IMG/VR virus record: IMGVR_UViG_3300031787_011232
Location: 4,768-68,767 of that record
Direction: 5' to 3' (one strand)
DNA from: a virus
Length of the DNA stretch: 64,000 nucleotides
In this document: positions 56,389 through 64,000 of the stretch, piece after piece
Numbering within the stretch: the stretch's first letter is position 1
Layout of the letters: each line of letters begins with the position of its first letter
The notes under the pieces: model-generated
Seen by the model: only the letters and a program-made list of their open reading frames with translations
Told to the model about the DNA's origin: nothing
The model's database searches: none
Made by a program: the position numbers and the translations under genes

Positions 56389-57177
56389 TTGAATAATATC
56401 TTAAAAATAACCGATTTTTTGTCAGAAGGAAGAATAAGTCCTTTTTATAGTGACGAGTTAAATCCAGATATATGGTCTTTAAAAGAAATAAAAGGAAAAT
56501 CCCAATGGACTCTAAATGAACCTATAAGAAAAAGATTACTTGAGATAGGAGAAGATTTTTTTTCTAAATACGAAGAGATTTTCGGGGAAAGAGAATATAA
56601 AGATATAATTCTTACAGGATCTTTAGCAAATTACAATTATACCGAGTTTTCTGATTTCGACGTTCACATTCTTATGGATTTAAAAGGGATAGACGATGAA
56701 CATCCGGAGATATTAAACGAAGCAATTCAAGGAATAAGATTTAGATGGAATCTTAGACATGATATAAAAATAAAAGGATATGATGTAGAGTTGTTTCTCC
56801 AAAGCTTAGACGATCCCGATGCTTCCACTGCAACTTATTCTTTGGTAAATAATACTTGGATCAAACACCCAAAATATGATGTTCCTTCCGTGGATGAAAT
56901 TGAGCTAGAGAGAAAATATCTTGGGTATGTATATGATATAGATCAATTAGAAACTAGACTCCTTCATGCATCTAAAATTCCCTCTAATTCAAGAGAATTA
57001 TATAAAAGAGCAAAATCAGTAAAAGAGAAAATTCAAAAAATGAGAACGGAATCTCTTTCTAAAGAAGGAGAATTTTCCATAGGAAATCTAGCCTTTAAAA
57101 AGCTAAGAAATACGGGATATATAGAAAAAATTATAAACATAATAACAAAGTCTTACGACAAAATTTTTAGCGATTAA
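56389..57177 (+). CDS. Pol-beta superfamily nucleotidyltransferase
   Basis: LTGSLANYNYTEFSDFDVH, GYDVEL, GEFSIGNLAFKKLRN; TTG start. Confidence 0.85.
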   Translation: MNNILKITDFLSEGRISPFYSDELNPDIWSLKEIKGKSQWTLNEPIRKRLLEIGEDFFSKYEEIFGEREYKDIILTGSLANYNYTEFSDFDVHILMDLKGIDDEHPEILNEAIQGIRFRWNLRHDIKIKGYDVELFLQSLDDPDASTATYSLVNNTWIKHPKYDVPSVDEIELERKYLGYVYDIDQLETRLLHASKIPSNSRELYKRAKSVKEKIQKMRTESLSKEGEFSIGNLAFKKLRNTGYIEKIINIITKSYDKIFSD

Positions 57178-57181
57178 TAAG

Positions 57182-60100
57182 ATGGAAGATAAATCAATTA
57201 AAGAGTATCTGATAGAATGTTTATTCCCCGACGAAGTAGTGGGAATAAATGAAAAAAATGGGGAAAATTTAAAAGGATCCGGAGGAGGGACCGGCCCTTC
57301 TGCTCCTGCTAATCCGGTAAATGATCCAGATAAAAATGCAGAAAACCCAGATCCTAGTGATCTTTTTATTAATCATAGATCTGTTCTATTTCTAACCGCT
57401 TCTAACGACGATGGAATTATAAAAAGAGGAGAAGGTATGGGATTTTTGGAGCTAAACGAAGAAGCTATAGAGCAAGGCCTTGAGGTCGATCTCGAAGATT
57501 TTCAGTGGTGGTGTTTAGCTAGTGAGTTCGAAAAGTATTTAGAAGAAACAGGAAGAAAATACAATTCTTCTAGCGGGGAATGGACTAGTGAAAGCGAAGA
57601 GCCTTACGAGACGGAAAGAGAAAGAAAAATATCAAGCTATTCAGATTTTTTAGAAAATAAAAAAGAATTAAATGAAACAGATTTTATAGATCTTGCGGGA
57701 GGAACGAAAAAAACCTCAATGGGAACTGAATATTCTGGAAAATCTCCAGATTTCCAAAGAGGAAAATTAACGGACACTCAAAGAAAATTTATAAAGTTTA
57801 TTTTTACGCGAAATAGTTTAAGGAACGAAGGAAAAATTCAAGAAAAATTAGACCTAAAAACTTTAGAAAAAGGAAATATTTGTGAGATTTTTGTATCTGC
57901 TTTTGATCCTTCTACGGGGGAAACAGATGAAACCGCAACAATAGGAATAACTTTAAAAGTAATTGCAAAAATCGAAGGGGGAAAAACCCCTATCATAGTT
58001 TGTCAGATAACTCAAATAGCTCCTAATCTCGGAGGGGATCCGAGCGTATCTGGATTTGATAGTGTTCTGGAGGCAGTAGTACAAAGGATATATAGTTTTT
58101 CTGACGAATTCACGAATATCCTTGATTCGACTTCGGGAAAAATATTTACTATGCTTGGTGCCCTTTCAGCTATGCAAGGAGCAGGTATTATTGGAACCAT
58201 CGGCTTATGGAGACTATTAGCTCCTTTTAGAAGTCTTGCAAGATCTCAAGCTGTTTTAGCCGGGGCTAGACCTGGAGTTATAGCTAGAGGATTTTCATAT
58301 TTGAAAGGAAGAGGTAAAAATTTTTTAAAATATCCATTTAAGCAGTCAACTTGGAAAGGAGGGGCGAAAAATGCAGCAAATGCTTTAAAATGGCCTTTTA
58401 AAGCATTAAAAAATTATAAAACCTATAAGAAATATGCATTCTTAAACAAGGGTAAAAAAGCCCTTAAAGGATGGAAATTAGCTAGATACCTTGTTTTTGG
58501 AAGAAAAATAGCAGGGACAGCATCGAAAATTTCCAGGGGAGCTAGAGTTTTATCGGGGGTTGCAAAAATCACCAATCCTCTAGGATGGATATTAATACTT
58601 AGCGACGTCGTTGGGTCTGCTTTAAATTATACTAGCGACAATCAAGCTCCTTCTTGGGATCCTATGATAGGAGGGAAAGAAGATGCCATGAAAAATTATT
58701 CCAAGACCATTTGTCCTAGCGCTAGCAACGTTTTTAACCCTGGGGATATACCACAAGGAGAAACTATAACTCTTTGTTGGACTCAAAATCCGGAAAAAGG
58801 ATGGGGACTTGCTTTAAGCTTTGTAGTTTCTAATTCTACTAGAACTACAATGAACATTACTAAGGTATACGATTTCAAAGGCAATAATGAAACTTCTCCT
58901 TCCATGTCTTTATTTATTATAAATTCCGTTAATTATAAGGATCTATGGGACAAGATTAAAGGGTATGATATTAAATTCTTGTTCATAAAATCCAATACGT
59001 ACTCGGAAGGATACAGGGACGATAATATAGGAGCTTATTTCTTAGGAGGAAATTCGCCAGACCCTAAAAATATACCTCCTCTAGCTTATTACGGACATTG
59101 TAAATTTGAAGAATTTAAACCTAGATACGAGGATGCTCCCGATCAGTTAGTAATTATAGATGGAGATGCTCCGAAAGATTATAAATTTTATTTTTATGAT
59201 TCTGAATCTAATCCCATAAATGTAATAGGGACAAAAGTAAAAGATGTAGATATAGAAGATGCTTCCGAAGAAGAGATAAATTCTTTTTTTGACGTTGAAC
59301 CCATTTCTTCTTATATAGGAGATCCCGAGGGAGAAACAGAGGAGGAAAGAGCTCAGAGAGAAGAAGCGGAAAATAATTATAGAGCATCAAAGACTCAGGG
59401 AGAAGACCAGGAAGAATCCGAAGAGGGAGAAGAAGAGGATCTTGCAAAAAATGAAAGTATTAAGTGGTATTCTTCTATACAAGAACCTAAGCCAATAACA
59501 TCTTTTAATGACTTTAGAATAATAAAAGAATCCATCCTGGAAAATAATGGGGACGGAAAAGAAATTCTTAAACCTGTTGAAGAATTACCAACAGGGGAAA
59601 AAGTTGGAGAGCCAGGAGAAAAAGAAAATGCGGACGATCCTTCTAAAGTCTCAATTTCAGACCGGGTATTAACAGCAAAACAATTCCAAGAAAATTTTGA
59701 AAAAATACTAAATACTGTAGAAAAACCAGCAGAATTTGCTATTTATTTTGTCGAGAAAAAAGAATATGCCGATCCTAGTCTTCGGAATATTTATAAGCCC
59801 GGAACTTTTACTAATTTCCATATTACCACAGATGCAATATCTGCTTCCAATAATTCTCCTATAGAAGGAGAAGTACAGGTAAATAATCTTGATTTTTTAA
59901 TAGACCCTAGAAAAGGAGAATATACTCTTTCTTCTGAGGAGAAAAAAGAAAATCAGTCAGAAAGGGATCAAAAAAGAGGAAAGGGTTACTATTCCGAAAT
60001 AGAAGCTAGTGACGATATCCTAACATCAAGCCTCTATTCGAAGGAAAAAAAGAAAGAAGTTTTTGATGTTTTCACCTCAAAAGAAAAAGAAGATAAAAAA

Positions 60101-60367
60101 TTAGGGGTAATTCAAAGGATAGATCCTGACATTCTAAAATCCGTAGGAATAACAGAATGGAATGACGTAACTAGTGTAAAAATAATAAAAGATAGAGAAG
60201 GAAATCCAAAAATCATAAAAATAAATAACAAAAAAGCCAGCATTGGAGATAAATTAAGAAGATTTGAAAAAGGAGATCCTAATTTTGAAGATGCTTTAAA
60301 GGTAGCAGACGCATATAGAGATAAGATAGAAGACGAAGAAGAATTAGAAAAACAGGATAAAAGATAA
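57182..60367 (+). CDS. Large hypothetical protein, possible internal/ejection protein
   Basis: 1061 aa; hydrophobic and basic amphipathic middle region between acidic domains. Confidence 0.6.
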   Translation: MEDKSIKEYLIECLFPDEVVGINEKNGENLKGSGGGTGPSAPANPVNDPDKNAENPDPSDLFINHRSVLFLTASNDDGIIKRGEGMGFLELNEEAIEQGLEVDLEDFQWWCLASEFEKYLEETGRKYNSSSGEWTSESEEPYETERERKISSYSDFLENKKELNETDFIDLAGGTKKTSMGTEYSGKSPDFQRGKLTDTQRKFIKFIFTRNSLRNEGKIQEKLDLKTLEKGNICEIFVSAFDPSTGETDETATIGITLKVIAKIEGGKTPIIVCQITQIAPNLGGDPSVSGFDSVLEAVVQRIYSFSDEFTNILDSTSGKIFTMLGALSAMQGAGIIGTIGLWRLLAPFRSLARSQAVLAGARPGVIARGFSYLKGRGKNFLKYPFKQSTWKGGAKNAANALKWPFKALKNYKTYKKYAFLNKGKKALKGWKLARYLVFGRKIAGTASKISRGARVLSGVAKITNPLGWILILSDVVGSALNYTSDNQAPSWDPMIGGKEDAMKNYSKTICPSASNVFNPGDIPQGETITLCWTQNPEKGWGLALSFVVSNSTRTTMNITKVYDFKGNNETSPSMSLFIINSVNYKDLWDKIKGYDIKFLFIKSNTYSEGYRDDNIGAYFLGGNSPDPKNIPPLAYYGHCKFEEFKPRYEDAPDQLVIIDGDAPKDYKFYFYDSESNPINVIGTKVKDVDIEDASEEEINSFFDVEPISSYIGDPEGETEEERAQREEAENNYRASKTQGEDQEESEEGEEEDLAKNESIKWYSSIQEPKPITSFNDFRIIKESILENNGDGKEILKPVEELPTGEKVGEPGEKENADDPSKVSISDRVLTAKQFQENFEKILNTVEKPAEFAIYFVEKKEYADPSLRNIYKPGTFTNFHITTDAISASNNSPIEGEVQVNNLDFLIDPRKGEYTLSSEEKKENQSERDQKRGKGYYSEIEASDDILTSSLYSKEKKKEVFDVFTSKEKEDKKLGVIQRIDPDILKSVGITEWNDVTSVKIIKDREGNPKIIKINNKKASIGDKLRRFEKGDPNFEDALKVADAYRDKIEDEEELEKQDKR

Positions 60368-60407
60368 TTTAAATTTTTTAAAATCTAAAAAAATAAAATT
60401 CTTTTTG

Positions 60408-60415
60408 GATATATA
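60408..60415 (+). promoter_or_regulatory. Late promoter candidate GATATATA
   Basis: Upstream of gp21. Confidence 0.65.
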
Positions 60416-60432
60416 ATTAAATTATAGATGAG

Positions 60433-62496
60433 ATGAAAGGATTAAAGTCTTTAAATGAAGATTTCGTTTTTATACTAGAAAAGCAATCTAGCATATTAGA
60501 ATCTAAAAAAAATTCTAGCGACGAATATGTTTTAGAAGGTATAGCAGCAGTTTTCGGAAAAGAAAATAATAATCATAGAATATACGAAGAAAATGAATAT
60601 CTTCCACATTTAGATTATCTTCAAGACAAAATAAAACAGCAAAGACTTTTAGGAGAATTAGACCATCCAGAAAAATTCGATATTTCCCTAAAAAATATTT
60701 CCCATTTAGTTACGGATTTATCTTATAATAAAGGAGATAGAAATCTAAAAATAAAAGTTAAATTATTAGATACGCCAGCAGGAAGAATAGCAAAAAGTCT
60801 TGTTGATGCTGGTATTCCTTTGTCAATTTCTTCTAGAGCTGCTGGCTCGGTAGGATCAGATAAAAAAGTTCAGATCAAAAAAATATTTACTTACGATTTA
60901 GTTGCAGATCCAGGTTTTAAAAATGCACAGCTTGAAAGAGTTTATGAAAGCTGTGGATATAGCCCTTTCGAGTATGCAAAGATCAAAGGTAATAGTATAA
61001 TAAATCATCTAGAATGTCTAAATGAAAGTCTGGGTTTAAAAAATCAAGATTCAATGATGATATATAGAGTTGATGATGAGGAAGAATTTGAAAAATTATT
61101 AAACAAGAAAGAAAAAACAGCCAACCTTATGGAAAAAAATGAATTTGTTACATCAGAAGAACTTGACCAATATTCTATCTTCTTGAAGAAAGAAATGGAT
61201 TCTATGAAATCTGAAATGTCAAGATTGAGAAACACCTCAGTTTCTGAATCTAATTCTAGTGATACAGACCTTAGAATTTCTAAATTAGAAAAATATGCAG
61301 AATATCTTGCAGAGTCTTTGGAGAATACAATTAAGTATAACGAATATCTTGCTGAGAATTTGGATAAATCTATTTCTTATTCTAAGTATCTTGCCGAGAA
61401 TGTAGATAAAAATATTTCTTATTCTAAGTATCTTGCTGAGAATATGGATCAAAATATTTCTTATACCGAATACTTGGCTGAGAATTTGGATAAATCTATT
61501 TCTTATTCTAACTATTTAGCAGAAAATGTAGATAAGAATATTTCTTATACCGAGTATGTAGCAGAGAGCGTTGATAAGAATATTGAATACTCTAAATATT
61601 TAGCAGAAAAATTAGATCAAAATATTTCTTATTCTGAGTACCTTGCTGAGAATGTGGATAATAACATTTCTTACTCCGAGTATTTAGCAGAAAATATAGA
61701 CACTAATATTTCTTATACTGAATATTTGGCAGAAAATTTAGATAATAGCATCAAATATTCTGAGCACATTGCAGAAAATTTAAATAATAATATTTCTTAC
61801 TCTGAGCACATTGCAGAAAATGTTAACAATAACATCGAATATTCTGAGTATTTAGGAGAAAACCTAAACAACGGAATTGAATATACAGAGTATTTAGCAG
61901 AAAAACTTGGAAAATCAATTGAGTATTCTGAGTATATTGCAGAATCTATCGAAGGAAAAGATAGATTTGCAGGACAAAAGATAAACGAGAACGTAGATCT
62001 TACCGCAGCATCGGGATTAAAATCATCGGGATATGCTGGTAACTACACAGATTTATCTTCAAAAATCGATAGCTTACTAGAATCAGTTCAAACCCAAAAG
62101 ACTGAAGCTACTTCAAATAAAATTGGAGGATATTTCGCCGACACACTAAAGGCACCAAAAAATCCGTTATTCGAATCTGCTCAAGAAGATGAGAATCCAA
62201 ATGCAGTTGGTATCAAATTTATAGATGAGATGCCAGATGAATATAAGCCGGTTTGGGAATCTTTAACAGAAGGACATCAGCAATCAATTATTGCACAAAG
62301 TCATTTCTATAATTTAAATACCCCTTACCAAATTAGAAACTTCTGGTCAACTAGAAATTTGGGAGTATCTCCTGTAGGACTTCAAAAACTTCAAGAAAAT
62401 GAATCGATTAACGAAAACCAAAAACCTTCTTTTGGATATTCAAACGACTATATGAATTATATCGCTGAATCTCTAGGGAAAAAATTTAACAGATAA
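60433..62496 (+). CDS. gp21: Prohead protease fused to scaffolding domain
   Basis: LEGI, NNNHRIY, LGELDHP, SH, LDTPAG, SISSRAAGSV, YDLVADPGF; repeat-rich C-terminal half. Confidence 0.9.
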   Translation: MKGLKSLNEDFVFILEKQSSILESKKNSSDEYVLEGIAAVFGKENNNHRIYEENEYLPHLDYLQDKIKQQRLLGELDHPEKFDISLKNISHLVTDLSYNKGDRNLKIKVKLLDTPAGRIAKSLVDAGIPLSISSRAAGSVGSDKKVQIKKIFTYDLVADPGFKNAQLERVYESCGYSPFEYAKIKGNSIINHLECLNESLGLKNQDSMMIYRVDDEEEFEKLLNKKEKTANLMEKNEFVTSEELDQYSIFLKKEMDSMKSEMSRLRNTSVSESNSSDTDLRISKLEKYAEYLAESLENTIKYNEYLAENLDKSISYSKYLAENVDKNISYSKYLAENMDQNISYTEYLAENLDKSISYSNYLAENVDKNISYTEYVAESVDKNIEYSKYLAEKLDQNISYSEYLAENVDNNISYSEYLAENIDTNISYTEYLAENLDNSIKYSEHIAENLNNNISYSEHIAENVNNNIEYSEYLGENLNNGIEYTEYLAEKLGKSIEYSEYIAESIEGKDRFAGQKINENVDLTAASGLKSSGYAGNYTDLSSKIDSLLESVQTQKTEATSNKIGGYFADTLKAPKNPLFESAQEDENPNAVGIKFIDEMPDEYKPVWESLTEGHQQSIIAQSHFYNLNTPYQIRNFWSTRNLGVSPVGLQKLQENESINENQKPSFGYSNDYMNYIAESLGKKFNR
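61059..61066 (+). promoter_or_regulatory. Internal late promoter candidate GATATATA inside gp21
   Basis: Just after protease domain, 62 nt upstream of in-frame ATG 61129. Confidence 0.5.
61129..62496 (+). CDS. Putative nested in-frame scaffolding protein (gp22-like, 455 aa)
   Basis: In-frame ATG (MEKNEF) with A-rich leader and upstream late promoter motif. Confidence 0.45.
   Translation: MEKNEFVTSEELDQYSIFLKKEMDSMKSEMSRLRNTSVSESNSSDTDLRISKLEKYAEYLAESLENTIKYNEYLAENLDKSISYSKYLAENVDKNISYSKYLAENMDQNISYTEYLAENLDKSISYSNYLAENVDKNISYTEYVAESVDKNIEYSKYLAEKLDQNISYSEYLAENVDNNISYSEYLAENIDTNISYTEYLAENLDNSIKYSEHIAENLNNNISYSEHIAENVNNNIEYSEYLGENLNNGIEYTEYLAEKLGKSIEYSEYIAESIEGKDRFAGQKINENVDLTAASGLKSSGYAGNYTDLSSKIDSLLESVQTQKTEATSNKIGGYFADTLKAPKNPLFESAQEDENPNAVGIKFIDEMPDEYKPVWESLTEGHQQSIIAQSHFYNLNTPYQIRNFWSTRNLGVSPVGLQKLQENESINENQKPSFGYSNDYMNYIAESLGKKFNR
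61294..61944 (+). repeat. 42-nt (14-aa) coding tandem repeat x16, consensus YSEYLAENLDKNIS
   Basis: First Tyr codon 61294, sixteenth 61924 (15 x 42 nt). Confidence 0.95.
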
Positions 62497-62529
62497 GTTT
62501 AAACCTTTAAAAACAAAAAACAAATAAAA

Positions 62530-64000
62530 ATGAAACTAATTAACGAACAAGAAATCTACGATACCTGGACTCCGATCATCGAGAGCAAAGCTGGTATCAC
62601 AGATGAAGGCAAAAAAGGATGGTTATCCAAATATTGCCACTATCACTCATTAAACGAGTCTGCCGGTGCTTACAACTCTTTAGGTGTTGTTAACGGTATG
62701 GGACTTGTTGCTCCTCCTGCATTCCCAGGAATGGGTAACTTTACTGGTTCTAACGGTGCTGGCGTGGCTGGTTACGGTGCTAACCAAGGATTTTACAATG
62801 CTTCTAACCAAGGATCTGGTGATAAATTTCCATCACTTCTTCCATTGGCTATTCAAGTAGCTGCTAAAACTGTTGGTTTTGATATCGTTCCTGTTATTCC
62901 TATGTCAGGTCCTACTGGAATCCTTTCTTACTTGGATTATGTATATGCTGGTGGTAAAGTTGCTGGTGCTACTTCTGCTACATCTGGTGACAGTTTAGCT
63001 AAAGCTCCTTCAGTAATTAAATTCCCAGTTTATCAAGGTTCTGCTACAGGTATTACTGGTGCTACAGCTGGTTCATTCGCAGTTGGTACTTCTTACACAG
63101 TAGTTAACGGCGGTACTTTAACTTTAACTTTCGTTGGTCTATCAAGAATCGATGGTTTCCCAATCTTCGAAATCACTAACATCACTGATGGTTATAACGT
63201 AGCTGGAATTATCAGCGGAGTTTCTGTACAAGTTGGTACTTCTGGTCTTTACACTGGTACTGCAGCTTCTTCTAACGGGTACACTGCTCAGTTAGTTAAA
63301 GCTCTTGAAGATCACATCCAAGGATTCTCTGGTGCAGGATTTAACAATGACCAAGATTGGCAAGGTCCTTACGTAGATGGTACTAAGACTTACAATCCAA
63401 TGTTAAGAAACGTTGGGGAGAGTACTTATTACAACTCAATGGGTCTTTCTACATTTACTAAGTTTATCGAAGCTGAAACTTTCCAAGTAGCTGCTTCTGT
63501 TACAACTGAGCAAATCCAAGATCTTAACAAACAATTCGGTATCGACGTTATTTCAATGATCGAGAACGCATTGGTTAATGAGGTATCTCAAGCAATTAAC
63601 AAACACATCCTTTCTAGAGCATTTGCTTTAGGCTGGTCTAACCACAATCAATTCTTCGCAGTAGAAAACCAAAACCTTAACTTGAACTTGGTTATCGCAG
63701 GACCTGTTGGAACTACTTCATCTTATATCAATAAGATCGATCAAGCACAGTCTATGCCGATTCCAGCTGGTCCAGCTTCAGGAGGTTACGAGAACCTTTC
63801 TACTCTACAAAGAAGATTGTTCTCTAGAATCTTAGCTGCTGCTAACGTTGTTGCTAACAGAGGAAGAAGAGGACCTGCTAACTTTATCGTTACTAACGCT
63901 AACGTAGCAAGTGCACTTCAAGATATCTCTCAGTTCACTTTTGCTCCTTTCTCAAACACTCTAACTCAAAACAACGGTACACTTTACCCTGTTGGATCTC
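62530..64000 (+). CDS. gp23: Major capsid protein, 5' part (truncated by window end)
   Basis: Own translation: MKLINEQ...HSLNES...LLPLAIQVAAKTVGFDIVPVIPMSGPTG...TTEQIQDLNKQFGID...RGRRGPANFIV; strong GGT/GCT/ACT codon bias. Not in ORF track. Confidence 0.92.
   Translation, partial: MKLINEQEIYDTWTPIIESKAGITDEGKKGWLSKYCHYHSLNESAGAYNSLGVVNGMGLVAPPAFPGMGNFTGSNGAGVAGYGANQGFYNASNQGSGDKFPSLLPLAIQVAAKTVGFDIVPVIPMSGPTGILSYLDYVYAGGKVAGATSATSGDSLAKAPSVIKFPVYQGSATGITGATAGSFAVGTSYTVVNGGTLTLTFVGLSRIDGFPIFEITNITDGYNVAGIISGVSVQVGTSGLYTGTAASSNGYTAQLVKALEDHIQGFSGAGFNNDQDWQGPYVDGTKTYNPMLRNVGESTYYNSMGLSTFTKFIEAETFQVAASVTTEQIQDLNKQFGIDVISMIENALVNEVSQAINKHILSRAFALGWSNHNQFFAVENQNLNLNLVIAGPVGTTSSYINKIDQAQSMPIPAGPASGGYENLSTLQRRLFSRILAAANVVANRGRRGPANFIVTNANVASALQDISQFTFAPFSNTLTQNNGTLYPVGS

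Noticed and set aside
61294-61944. 42-nt periodic repeat as a CRISPR array
   Set aside because: No unique spacers; in-frame, with variation following codon positions inside the gp21 ORF
1-64000. Alternative genetic code (TAG or TGA recoding, as in some large phages)
   Set aside because: Core genes are full length in code 11 and TAG/TGA fall at expected gene ends
1-64000. tRNA, rRNA, integrase or transposase genes
   Set aside because: None recognisable; intergenic gaps are short and AT-rich (tRNAscan/Infernal not run)

Overview
64 kb of an AT-rich, densely coding, almost entirely plus-strand genome of a large T4-like (myovirus-type, probably jumbo) bacteriophage read in the standard genetic code. 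1-10.2 kb: glycan-synthesis cluster (glf, GT11, GT6, GT7-like, two GT2, fcl, gmd, five methyltransferases). 10.3-14 kb: three K/E-rich late proteins. 14-20 kb: UvsX, gp41 helicase, gp47/gp46. 20-38 kb: PKD protein, gp15, collagen fibre, enlarged gp14, terminases, enlarged sheath, two tail tubes, gp26/gp51-like pair, tape-measure-like protein. 38-57 kb: dCMP deaminase, ECF sigma, nucleases, gp55, gp4, gp2, two tandem portals, clamp loader, guanylate kinase, RNase H, a degenerate UvsE, a nucleotidyltransferase. 60-64 kb: gp21 protease-scaffold fusion and the 5' part of the major capsid gene. Main observations: a possible blood-group-A-like virion glycosylation pathway; two promoter classes matching two phage sigma factors; duplicated portals with near-identical 3' ends; a nested scaffold gene with 16 repeats that each carry a protease site; two candidate programmed frameshifts; T4-like capsid-targeting leaders on putative packaged enzymes. 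All calls are by motif recognition; no database searches were run.
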